NCBI RefSeq assembly: GCF_000143415.4 | Contig: NW_003314342.1 | Span: 206,074 to 270,073 of the forward strand | DNA: 64,000 nucleotides | Reading direction: 5' to 3' | Origin: Selaginella moellendorffii | Taxonomy: Eukaryota; Plantae; Lycopodiophyta | Part shown: piece by piece, positions 10,122 through 22,310 of the stretch | How the letters are laid out: every line of letters starts with the position of its first letter | Numbering within the stretch: position 1 is the stretch's first letter | Notes under the pieces: model-generated | Seen by the model: only the letters and a program-made list of their open reading frames with translations | Told to the model about the DNA's origin: nothing | Database searches by the model: none | Position numbers and translations under genes: made by a program

Positions 10122-12499
10122 AAGCTTGGTGCCTGAAAGATTCCACGTTTGATGGCCAATCTCACCCGTTGGATCACACTTCCCATATGTTGATAACCCT
10201 GGAGGATTTGGTAGCATACAATTTCAACTGGAACCTGCAGAGGTTCTCGGTCCGCGAGGATGATGTGTTCTAAATTCCATTCTCTCATCACACTAATCTT
10301 TTTATAAGAAAGTCTTTCAAGCTGTTCTCACTTGTTGCATTTCTTCTTGTGGTTTTCGTTGGCTTCTTAAGTTGTGCTAGTGATAATTGTGATGGCTCTT
10401 TTTCTTGTGGTTCTGCAATGTCAAGTTACACCGATGGAACTATTTACAATGGATATACTTCTCTCGTTTCTGGTCACTGTACTGCCATCTTCACTTGTAG
10501 TGGAGCCTATCACAAGCAACAATTCCCTACACGTTTATAATAATCAGCCTAGTGAAAAATGTGGGAGTCATGTATTTTGTAAGTGCCAGGCTACCCTCAA
10601 CTATTCTGGAAATTGCAGAGACTCTGGGAATCCTAACTATGTCTCAAACTAAAGTCTCAAAACTGAAGTCTAATTTCTGATAATAATAAACTATATACTT
10701 TTAATGTTTATTTAGTAATTTTGTGTTTATAAAAAAATTACTGCAGTATGTTTCCTTTGCCTTGTTATATTCTTTTTGGATAAATCAATTATCCAGCTAT
10801 GATTCTCAAGCTTTACAAGCTCAACATCTCTCCTAAGTTTATTTCTTGGATATTACTTCCATGCAAATGCGCACCACTTATCCCACTTGTCAGTACACAA
10901 AAATTTATAAACAGATCTATATTGTCTAGTAAACTCTATTGTCACTACTTGGGGTTTGCAAAGCTAGGCTGATTCGTTGAAATATGAGAGCTAGTTTTCT
11001 GTATGCATAAGCATGGACATTTTTACAAAATTGTCACAGCTCAAATTCTGAATAGTAACACGAAAGAGAAAGAACAGTCAAGCTCTCTTGTGACGGTGTA
11101 TGAGACTTGTTGTCTAATAGGAAGGTATGAAACTCACTGCAACAAATTGCAGGAAAGTAAAAGAAATGGCAAAAAGCTCAAGTGGAGAAGAAAACTGCCA
11201 TAAGCCATGGATCTATAGGCTGAAATATCAAAATTCAAGTCACAAAAAGATTTCACAGCAGCATACCTTTTGCAAGCTGTGCACTGCTACCATTGCCACG
11301 ATGCCTAGCCAGTGCCTTGTCATCCCCCTCCCTTGCATTAGCTAGCACAAAACTAGTGCCAGATCTATCATGTAGTGTGCATGACCTTAAACTGTAATAG
11401 CTAAGTGCTACTCTTAAGCCTGAAAGAACAAATTGGGCTTGCAGCCAGCCTTCTCCCAATTCCACTAGAAATCCTGCCTAGGAACATGACCGTGAGGCAT
11501 TGTGTGGCACAAGACTATCTAGGTATGTTGTGTTTCCACAGCCAACCATGAGCTATGTTGGGATCTCTTCAATCCTCATTACAATCTGAGCTCTCACATG
11601 CTCAAACACTCAAGATCACATTTCTCTCTTAAGGAACACTCCAAGGACACTTTTGAACACTTTTAAACGCTTTTAATGACTGTAAGAAAGAGGTGAGGTC
11701 CCATGCTCCCAGCGAAATCTCCTCAAATTGAATCACAAATCCCAAATTGCAAAGGAATATCCTAATGAATCTCTGCTCTTTGCATTTACCTTTAACATTT
11801 TCTAGACATTAATATGTTACTCAACTCATAGATTCTGATGGATATAAAGCCAATTTTCCCTTGTGCCACCTTTTACTTCTCCTTGTGTCAACTTCTACTT
11901 CTCCTTGGATTTATTCTTCTTCAATCCCATCCCTTATTGACTTCACCCTAGCTTTTTTCGGCTGTTCTTTTTTGCTGGATACGTTGATTGTATCTCCTTC
12001 TGCATCTTGAGACTCTCTACATACATCCTCTTCCTACTATTTTATACACATACCTTGATTATTTAAGATCTTCTAGCTTCAGGGACAAAGTGAATATGAT
12101 AAACCTCCTTGAGAAGTTCATTTGGAAGCTTGATCACCACCATGCCACAGCCGTCCACCTGCAGTGTTTGTTGTGGAGCCTGGAAAGGCTTATAGGTGTG
12201 AAACACAACCTTCAAGAGTCATATGAAATTAAGCACCACTATCCAACCATAACACCTCTAGAGTAGGCACCAATGATAAATATTATCAACAACAAGTTGT
12301 TTTGAGTAAGTATATGCTGAGTGGCAGCCTTTTATGCATGGCATTCATGCTCCATATGTCCTGTCTTTCTATAATAATTGCAAAGACGCTTTTTCTTCTT
12401 AGAGAAATTATTTTTAGTGTTATAGAAGAGTTACGAGACCCACAGAAAGTGCCTCCTTTCTTCTACTCCCCATTTGACAATTACGTGGCAAGAAACAAT

Positions 12500-13060
12500 G
12501 CTTACTCACGTGCAATCTGAGGAGATCCTGAATTGCTAGCTCAGCAATCTTGTGCTCTTCCTCTAGAAGATTAGAGTAGAGCTAGGATAAATGAGAGCAT
12601 GGAGGATGATTATTATAACTCTAGGGAGACAGGGAAGCAAGAAAGCTTTTGCATAGTCATTTGAGACTACTTTGCCCACTTGCTTGAGCTGTTGCATGAT
12701 GCCCTTGAGCTTCTTGATGTATGCTGCCATTGTCTCACTGGGTTGCATGTGTAAGGAGAAACACTTTTGGGTGAGAACCAATTTAGTGTTAGCAGCTTTG
12801 GTTGCAAAGACTTGGGAGAAAGAATCTCAATTTTCCTTGGTTAATTTTTCCAGATCAAGAAGATGAATTAATTCATCTCCAAAACCTAGTCCAATCACTG
12901 AACAGGTTCAAGTGTCAAGAGGTCTCGCTTCAGTTCCCTTGACCAAGTCCCAGCAATCTTTAGCCATCAAAATTAACTAGACTTGAGCTTCGATATATTG
13001 TGAAGTTTTCACTTCTGAACTTCTGGAGCAACTTCTCCCATCCTGCATCCCAGCTGCCAG
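12500..13060 (-). mobile_element. Decayed Ty1/Copia gag remnant
   Basis: Fragments AKDCWDLVKGTEARP and QKCFSLHMQPSETMAAYIKKLKGIMQQLKQVG..AFLLPCLP resemble the Copia gag UBN2 region; many stops. Confidence 0.55.
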
Positions 13061-14678
13061 CCAAAGTGACTGCTAGGGTGGTTTAAGCCATTAGTTTCTA
13101 GAGAAAACTGCTAAGGAAAGCGAGGGAGAGGAGGTGGTGGGAATCTCTAGAAGGGATGCTTACACCCTGTGCATACAGAGCGACAATGAGGGTAGAAGGA
13201 TTGGGTTCACATTGTGCTCACTTGCATTCTTAGCAAAGATTGCAAGAGCCCTAGCACGTTCTTTCTCGTTGCATTGCTATGTTTACCAGTGTTTCACCAT
13301 CAGGATCAAAACAAACTTAATACCATGTAAATGTCTGGATTTTTGTATATGGAGTGCTCTCTCAACTTTATTGCTTTGCTGTAGTTATGTACATAATGGT
13401 ATGGGTGTGAACTTGGTGCTTGTTTGCTGATGTGGAGACTTGCTGTCACTCGTCTCCAGCAAGGGAAGGCACATGGCTCAGCTATGGTCTTGTCTGGCTT
13501 TATGATGTCAGAAACTCTCACTGACCAAGGCTAACATCAGCTTGGAGCAGACCAATTCAAGTGAAAAGCATCACTGACGTAAATTCTTTTTACGTTCAAG
13601 CGATGGCCACATCTTGCCTTCCCTTCAACAAGGTTCATCTTCAACACAACTACATTTAAGGAGTATCTAGAGCAGCAACATACATATAGAGGTTTTTTGA
13701 TCATTCGGTTCTTACATTTTCCTTTCCTTTCTAGTCAAACGTTTTGACATCAATTTTTTTTACACCATGCGGATATGTGTGCCTCCTGTCCTGGAAAGTC
13801 TCAAACAGAGCTTAAGCAGCCAACAAAAGGATCCATGCGTTTTTTCACATCAAAACATTTCCAACATTCTGCAGCAATGAAATACCTCTTCTTATTAGTA
13901 GATGGAGTAGCATACTGCTCCCCACAAAAAGCCAAGGAGAAGAGTGAGCTGGAGCAGCTTCTTCGTGTCTCGAACCAAATTACCTTATGACCAGGAAACT
14001 AGCTTTGAGCCACTACTCACCAAAGCCCTTCTTTCACAACATTGTTGCAGATAGAAATGATTTGAGGTGCAAACACCCCAAGACTGCCTTCCGAGCTTGA
14101 GGACGAGCTCCCCTAGTGTGTATAGGTGCCAAGTGAGGATATATTGGGATATTCCCTGGAGATGGTCTTTTTCAGCTCTCATCTTGGAGAGTCATCATCA
14201 TGTGCATATCCCACCACCCTCTGTGACAATTTATGCCGATGCCTTAAGGAAAATGCTGAGCGCCACAACTTATGAAACCACTTTGTCCTTTGATTTAGTT
14301 CGCTCTTCACAATATCTTCTTTCCATTGAGGGGAATTATATGAGAGACTTGGCAATGCCCACAATCATTCACTCATGACACCAGATCGTTGAAGTTGATC
14401 TCCTCTAAAATCCTTCTTGCATCATCTATGTCTGCATTTGCCTCTGTAAAAAGGTGGTCATTTCACCAATTTGAATGGAATTGTTTGGGTTAGTACTTAT
14501 CCACACTATGTTTTTCTAAACCCTTCTTCATATTTAGAATACACTAGCAATCCCTGAATCGTTCTTATTCATTATCTTTCATTTCGGCCATGCAACTCAG
14601 GAACACACTGTGAGTTATAGCCAAAAATTTGCAAAAGATCTCCAAAACCACCACACAGAGGAGCTTATAGCTCTCTGG

Positions 14679-14792
14679 TTATGACATATCAACGCCATTA
14701 TCGAGGGCATCAGCCATACCGTTGCGATTTCTCCCCACATCCACTCCCATGGCCAGCATCATCACAACAAACCATGGCCCCATGTTCTTCAT
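14679..14792 (-). pseudogene. CRP-7 relic (signal-peptide part only)
   Basis: Reads MKNMGPWFVVMMLAMGVDVG, then a 1-nt insertion and divergence. A family-type promoter with TATAAAT lies upstream (about 14867-14874, minus strand). Confidence 0.6.
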
Positions 14793-15252
14793 GACTTGCT
14801 GCAAAAACTAAGAGAAACAATCTCTAGTATACTGGAGAGAGGTGGTTTGATCTGTGATGCCCATCATATTTATAGCTCAAGACGCTAGAATGCTCTTGGG
14901 AAGGCATCTAGAATATTTGAAAGCTAGTTGTTCCGTGTTTGTCAATTCCTTCTCTTTTCTATAATGCTGGGTGGGGCATGCAACACGAAGAAGGAAGTAA
15001 AACTGCCACGCAAGAAAAAATCAGTGGGCAGGCCTGGAGTCAAAATGAAGTAAACTCTTGAAATGAAGCTGTGAATCCAGATGAGAAATAGAGAGAACAG
15101 ACATTTTTTGTCAAGGCCTGGACAGTTTATATATTATTGCTGGATCTCATGCAATGCCATACAGAAAACTATTCTTCTTTCCAGACCCTGGCACTGCAGA
15201 ATGATGAATTCAGAGGAACGATGCTGGGGTTGACCCCTTGAAACGGGAGGTT

Positions 15253-15450
15253 TCAGTTGTGCCAGCAGCGATTGTTGCACCAGACCCAACCCCTCTGGCA
15301 ACGGTGGCAACTGTTGTCATACCAATACCACCCCGACTGGCAGCGCTGGGCAGCAGCCTTTGCGATTCCTCCCACGTCCACGCCCATGGCCAGCACTATC
15401 ACAAACATGGCAAGCGCCAAAAACACCACCAAGAAAGCCTTGTTCTCCAT
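15253..15450 (-). CDS. Secreted Cys/Trp-rich peptide CRP-8 (65 aa, 2 modules); promoter inverted
   Basis: MENKAFLVVFLALAMFVIVLAMGVDVGGIAKAAA followed by QRCQSGWYWYDNSCHRCQRGWVWCNNRCWHN. Confidence 0.8.
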   Translation of the reverse strand: MENKAFLVVFLALAMFVIVLAMGVDVGGIAKAAAQRCQSGWYWYDNSCHRCQRGWVWCNNRCWHN

Positions 15451-16062
15451 GATTTGCTGCTCAGACTAAGATCAAGTAGGCTTGTAAATGCTAGAGTGAC
15501 TTTGGAGATAAGGATTTGAAGGATTGGAGAAGCATTATAGGAAAAAGAAGAATTGGCAAACACGGAACCACTTTTACTGGACTAACTTTCAAATATTCTT
15601 CCAGAGATAAGAAATAAGCGAAGCCGTCCCAAGACAACTGCCCAGCCACCATCTAAATTGTGCTGCCTCGAGCTATAAATACGAGCCCCTCCTGCCTCAC
15701 AGATCAAACCATTCCTCTTCTAGCTTTGCCAAAACTTTACAAGAGTTTGATTCAAAGTTCCATAGAACTTCCATGCTAATATAAACATGAACCTAATACC
15801 TTGTCTTCCGTTTCGACCACAGACTCAGTACGGCCGCTTCCAGTCACCCGCAACATTAATCAAAGTGGTTCGTCTTTTCTCACTGGCAGGCTCTTGACAA
15901 TCTCTTGGGCATTCTAGAGCAATCTGCAACAATTAATGGAAGTGATATCAATAATTATCAAGATTTTATTCATTAAAATTGTTTTTCTTATTTAATTTAC
16001 TTATAATTATTTTCTGTTATTCTATTAATTAAATGTTGTACTTGTTGACTCTTTAAATGGAC

Positions 16063-17424
16063 TCATGTGACGCAGCTGACATGAGCACGTAAAGCGCCAG
16101 AGTCCCCTGGTTTCATCTCCAAGAGTTTCTCTGCGGCACGAGCTGCAACATTGATGTTCTTGCCGTTACCACGAACTTTGCAAGCGCTGATGAAGCTCTT
16201 CCACGCGAGGAAATGCGGCTGGAAGGGCATCACCAGCAGCAGACCTTCGGCCTTGGCAACCAGCCCGGCCCGTCCCAGCACATCTGCCATCGCCTGGAAG
16301 TGAATCACATTTGGAGAAATACTGTACTCCGCCACCATAGATCGAAAGTAGTCGAGTGCCACACGGAGCTTCCCACCGTGATTGCAAGTCAGGAAAATCC
16401 CCTGGAAACTTATCTCGTTTCTCGCCTCGCCCTCCATCGCCATGCTGCCAGCAAACATCGCGCGCTGTGGCATCCGTGCAAACATCTTCCTGGCTTCTTC
16501 GAGGTGGCCGTGGTTGGAGTAGGCCAAGATCATGGCAGTCCACACCACGTCATCGTGATAAGGAGCTCGATGGAAGAGAATGCGAGCTTCTTCGAGCTGG
16601 TTTCTCTCGGCCAGTGCGGTGATCATTGTCGACCACGATGCAATGTTCCTCTGTGGCATGCCATCAAACAGAGACCTTGCTTCTTTCAGACTGGACGTTG
16701 CTGCTAGCATTGCGTTCCACGAGCTTAAGTCGCGGTGTGGCATTTTACTGAAAAGCTCTTTGGCTTTTTCCATATGCCCAAGCTGGGCATATGCAGTGAC
16801 AAGAACAGTCCATCCCAACTCGTTGGTTTCGGGGATTCTCATGAACAAATTTAGCACGTCGTTAAAAAATCTTTTCTGGAATACCCATTATACATAACAG
16901 TCCAAGAAACTAAGCATTCCATCAAAGATCTGGCTTGCTTGATCCATATGCCCCTTATGGGCATATGCTGTAAGTAGCGAGTTCCAGCAAACTACATCCC
17001 ATTCTAGAACACGATCAAACAATGCTTGGCACTCCTCCAAGTTTCCACGGTTTTCATGAGCCGTGAGAATAGAGACCCATGCAATAATATCTCTTTGTGG
17101 CAAACAGCTCTTTTGCTTCCTCAAGATCCGCATTTTGGGCATAAAGCGCCAAGCATCAAGTTCCAGGAGAATCTGTTGGGCTCATGGATGGCTGATAAAC
17201 ACCTGCCATGCTCGATCCCCGCGCTCGCACCTTCCTTAGAGCTGGATGAGAAGATTTGCGAGGTACCTGTTGGATTGGTGGTGAAGGATGAGCGCGTGGA
17301 GCCTGGCGCCATGACGCAAATCTCTTTTCTGGATGCAAGCTGCTGTGAGGAGTTGCGCGTAGTCGTCGTCGAGCGACAATGCACGCTGCTCTAGATCATC
17401 CACGGCCTGTTCTAGAGGCTTCAA
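16063..17424 (-). pseudogene. PLS/E-class pentatricopeptide repeat pseudogene
   Basis: PPR motifs (WNSLLTAYAHKGHMDQASQIFD, WTAMILAYSNHGHLEEARKMF) and an E-domain (MPFQPHFLAWKSFISACK) are spread over several frames with frameshifts and deletions. Confidence 0.8.
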
Positions 17425-17814
17425 TTGTTAGCAGCGAAGAGACACGGAAGAACTTTCTATGTATTTCAACTGTATATGGATGGTACATGTACATGGAAAC
17501 TACTGCCACGTGGGCATAATTACATGTCACATCATCTCTACCTCTAACATCAATCGGTACGTCTGCGTGGTAGTGATTCCTCTCATCGATGCTTTTACTG
17601 GCGTTTTCCTGGAATACAGTAAACTCTTTCGACTGACAAAATAGAGCTTTGATTTGTCAATGGCGAATAAGCGTTTCCAAAGGTGGCATTTCATATTGGA
17701 TTTCTGCTGTAAAAAGGAAATGGTGGTCACAGTGTGTTCCCTCAACTTGTTCTTCATATTTATCACAGTTTGAATTATACATTCAAAATTGCTAGATAAT
17801 CCCCGAGAGGAAAC

Positions 17815-17900
17815 TTATGATCCATACCAGCGCTATCCTCTAGGTGAGATTCCTCCCACATCCATGCCCATGGCAAGCATTACAAACATGACGAGCACCT
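17815..17900 (-). pseudogene. CRP-9 relic
   Basis: Minus strand reads MFVMLAMGMDVGGISPRG*RWYGS*: family signal peptide with a stop and lost modules. Confidence 0.55.
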
Positions 17901-18129
17901 AAAACAACAATCTTTTTGCTGCTAGTAAGCTTGTTATATACTAGGCTCATAGGGATGGCATCAGTTAGTTCTTATCTCTTTGAGTTCCGTGTTTGGGAAT
18001 TTCTTTTCTTTTTTTCTATAATGCTGGAAAAAAGAAGAAATTCCCAAACATGAAACTTGACGACAGAGTCCCAACACAACTTTATAGCTGCCTTGAACTA
18101 TAAATATGAGCCCTTTCTACTGTACAAAT

Positions 18130-20356
18130 CAAATTGTGCCAAGAGTGTGAGGAAAAGGGTACATACTTTGTTTAATTGACGATAGTTAATGTAGAAATAA
18201 ATACTCCTATCAAGCTTCATCACATGAGGTTCATATGCCTAAAGATTGCATGACTTTTGAATAACTCCATTTTCCAACATCTCCTTGACGTTTGCATATA
18301 AAATCTTGATCTTTTTGGGTAATTGACAACGAATAAAAACCTTAATTGAACAAGCATCCCCAGTTAGAATAAGATGATATGTTATAATCTTGGCTCTATA
18401 TGAGAAGTCAAATTCAAAGAAATTTGCATACTTCTCCATGAGTCGGTCAACCATTGCAATATAAAAACCGTCGGAGGGATTAGAAAAAGAAAGAGAGAAA
18501 CATAACAGAAACTTAGGAGAAAGTAATGGGGAGACAAAAGTGATGGAAGTAGAGGTAGAAGCAAAAGGACAAAGATGTATAAAAGTGAAAGGAATGGAAA
18601 AAATATCAAGAAGTATGAGACAAAAGGGAGAAACTTCAAATCATATTTGGCATGATTGTGCCACAACCAATTCATACTAATGATGAAGTCAAAAGCTTGA
18701 TTTAACACCACTTGCAATGACTATAACTCAAACTCGAAATTGCTTACATGCACAACTAAATCCGCTTCATCCCACACACATACATGTGTATGACCATTGC
18801 CATAAAGAATGAAAAATGGTTTTACCACATGACATAATGTAGATGGCAACGTGTGGCAACAAGTCAAGTAATAGAAGATAAACTTGAATCTATATTAACC
18901 AACACAAAAAGAATAATAAAAGACCTCTTGTTATAAAAACGAGTTTGGAAAATAAACATTGAATTAATTGGTGTTAAATGAACCCCTTAATGATACTCCT
19001 AAAAGAAAAATGGAAGGGTTATTGATTTATTTGTGCAATGTCCCTTTTGTTACTCACATGACTTTTGTTTTTCAAATGCATTTCAGTGTCTAGACCTTTC
19101 ACTACAGCAGTATCAACAAAACATTGTTGATGCTAATGTTGCAAATGTGACTTTAGGTGTCGAAAGTTACATGTTGGTTAGTCCTTTCAAATATTCTTTC
19201 CTTACTGCCATGACAATAGGAGGTCGGTATTGTTGGACCCTTTATTAGTCCTTCTTGTTCAAGTGTTAATAAACTAAACTTTGCATTTATATTTGGCCGG
19301 ATGAGCATAAGGATGGAATTCCTACATGTCTATTTAACTAAGTATATTTGGCCCGACTTGTTAGTTCTCTTTTGTTCTGTTTTATATTAGCTTGACAAGA
19401 ACCTTCGTGTATTGGGATTAGTCCCTCAATATTCATTAAATGATAACTTACCGTGTCTGCAAAACACCTTTACTATCATGCCCTTTGTATTAGTCTCATT
19501 TCGGTCCTAAATGCTATTTATAGAAAGTGTCTAGATTTACTCATTTGGTATAGATTGTCCTAAACATAATGGTGTTTATCCCATATCCAAATTCATAATT
19601 TAGGGACATTCCATATGTAATAAGTTTTAAACTTGTCCTAGAGCTTGTCCCAATCGTCAATATTTCCAAATGCACATTTGAAGACGTCCGGGAGAATACT
19701 CTAATCCTCATAAGTGGTTGTGCTCAAACCATTGTACCACTTTAGCATCATTGGAAACACACAGGAAACTCATGCAAATGTCAAATATCATCCCAATAAT
19801 GATATGCCCACAGAAGGAACTCTAGCCGAACTCGAGGATTGGCAGTAAGAGTAAGAAGAATTGCAAGCTACTATCAATTGAGTTTGGTTATTCAACTACA
19901 ATCATATAACATTGAACAATTGCACCAACTATTGCTCCAAAAACAAAGGAAGAGGAAATTGTTACTTTGCCATGAAGAGAGCAAAAGAAAAGAAATGGAA
20001 AAAGCTAGAAGGAAAAGGAGATCTAGACAATGCAAAAGCTAGATCTAAAAAAAAAGCAAAAGAAAAGAAATGGAAAAAACTAGAACAAAAGAGAGATTTA
20101 GACATTTCAAAAACTAAAACAAAAATCCCAAATCCAAGCACTCTTTAGGGACAATCAAAATTGCCCCTCATCTCCACCAATATGAGTGCATGGAACATAG
20201 AAAGAAAATATAAGAAATATACATATTAATTAACCCAGAAACCCTAGTTTATATACTGGAGTGAGTGGTCTAGATTGAAATCAATATGATATCTATCAAA
20301 ATCCCACTATATTAATATTAGTATACAGTATTGTAACTATATACTTGAACTTCACA
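18130..20356 (-). mobile_element. Truncated degenerate Ty3/Gypsy element with 176-bp LTR and tRNA-Ala-type PBS
   Basis: LTR 20181-20356 (TGTGAAG...CACTCATA on minus), PBS TGGTGGAGATGAGGGG, decayed gag, protease (FDFIISMNWL) and start of RT (VKEMLENGVIQKS). Confidence 0.7.
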
Positions 20357-21088
20357 AAACATTTTATAAAATTAATCTAAATGAGATGGTAAAATATCTG
20401 GGTATATTCTAGCTATATCCACTACCACAAAGGTTTTTTTAAGTAAAACAAAAATTGATAAATTTAAAACCATGATTCTATTTTATTAAAAGTTACATTA
20501 TATAAAATTAACTTTTTATTAAAGGTTCTTAATGAATTGTACCATATATGAGTTGAGACAATCCCATGTAATAATGAAAGCCCAATTTTGCCATCCATAC
20601 CATTTATCAGTTTGGAAAAATCTATATCTATTAAAAGTGACTTCTATAAAATAAGTTCTATGTTCTACTTTTAAAAGTTTTATCATAATGCCAAACAATT
20701 GCATTTCCATATTTATTACATACTTCAACTTCTGTTGTCATATCAGGAGCTCAGTCATAATCATCTAAATTGTTAGTTTGGTTCATATCAATGGTTATAT
20801 TAGTATTATTATAGAGCTGTGTATGAATAAATATACTGGAATAATTTAAGTGAGACTCCAAGCTATAAGAAAGCATGTAATGAAGTAATAGAAATGCTAT
20901 GAATTTTAACATTTTTGAAACATACACACATCTAGATTTAATTAGATGAGTTTTTATAGTGTCCATTTTTGTTTTTTACAGCATATTGATTATATGGACT
21001 ATGAGGTCAATGTATGAAGACAAACAGCTAGTAGTTATTTTAATTTGTCAGAAAACATGGAAAGAATAATTGCTAAAATAGCTGTTTG

Positions 21089-22187
21089 TCAACATTCTAA
21101 TGGTAGCCTCAAAAACCTCTTGAAGTCCTTGCAATAGTCATATATCATCCAATTATCTTTGACCCATTAAAGCTTGTGTGTGGTACCCTCATCCTTAACC
21201 AAAAACATTGGACTTTCCCACCACTTTGGAGGCCTCCTTGTCTTAGTGCAAGATCTTGGAGAACTCGATGACCACTTGCAAGCATCGATCCCAAACCCCC
21301 GAAAAGATGCCACAAATGGGGATTTGTTCCACTTGATCTTCTCTAATCCTCCACGAGTAGCCCAATCGTCCCCATTCCACAGGCTGGCGTAAACGCCCAT
21401 TGGTTTCGTGAGTGGAAATGGAACGCCAAGCTCCGCCATCTTGTTGGCAACACGCGGATTGGCACGTCGTCCACGTAGAGTCTTGTTGTAATGGCGAGAA
21501 AAAATAAATAAACATTCTGAAAAGAATCTTGGGCTTCTAGACTTACATAATTTGCGGACGGTTCCAGAGGATTGAGTACGTATGAAAGTCGGCAGTGGGA
21601 TCAACCAGAGATAGATCTGCTGCTCTCGATCACCTGTTCCGTTTGCAAAGATGTTGGTGTGGACAATGTAAGGTTGGCCGCTGGTGTTTCCCAAGAACTC
21701 AAAGTCAATCTCATCGTGGTCTTTGGATGGCATCTGTGAAGACATCTAAGAAAGTAAAGGAGCAAAATTCAACAAGGTTATCCCAGGATAGAATGGAGAA
21801 TAAGTTTTCTTACATAGAACGTTGTCACCGTCCCGGCGGATTCATTGGCGACGAGCTTGATTCTCATGCTCACATACCCAAAGAGATACTTGTTTTTGGA
21901 AGCAAATCCCGAGCCTCCTGTATGGAAGATTCATACAAAGAATGTTGATATCTCTCTTACATTTGGAAGAAGAAAATGATATGCTAACCCGTGTTGTTGG
22001 TGAGAAGGAGCTGGAGCTGTGATCCTAGATTCATCAGCCTGGTGTTGCTACTCCCCCAGCTGACCTGATAATTCCTGGCAAACTTGCAGTCGGACAACCT
22101 CCTGGGCGTTTGTTGGGTCGACACCAATGATCCCGCGATCATCATCATCAAACTTGTCATGGGCAATAAAACTTTGCGTGGATCCAT
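21089..22187 (-). pseudogene. XTH: Xyloglucan endotransglucosylase/hydrolase (GH16) pseudogene
   Basis: Four-exon XTH layout with catalytic HDEIDFEFLGN, LWNGDDWATRGG and C-terminal MIYDYCKDFKRF..EC. Two 1-nt frameshifts (about 21603 and 21448) and an in-frame TAA at 21167. Confidence 0.85.
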
Positions 22188-22310
22188 GGAGAGGTTTCAT
22201 ACAGGACGATCCTCCAAATCCTCTCCCACCCCAATTGGATTGACACTGGATCAAGCCTATAAGTTCTCGCGATCGAGATATTTTCTGATGAGATATACTA
22301 GCCCTAGCTC

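Noticed and set aside
13134-14400. Possible decayed gene between the Copia remnant and CRP-7
   Set aside because: Only short ORFs with no recognisable motif; cannot be assigned.
19912-20148. Lys-rich small ORF (also 56669-56860)
   Set aside because: Antisense reading of the T-rich 5' leader of the Gypsy family, not a gene.
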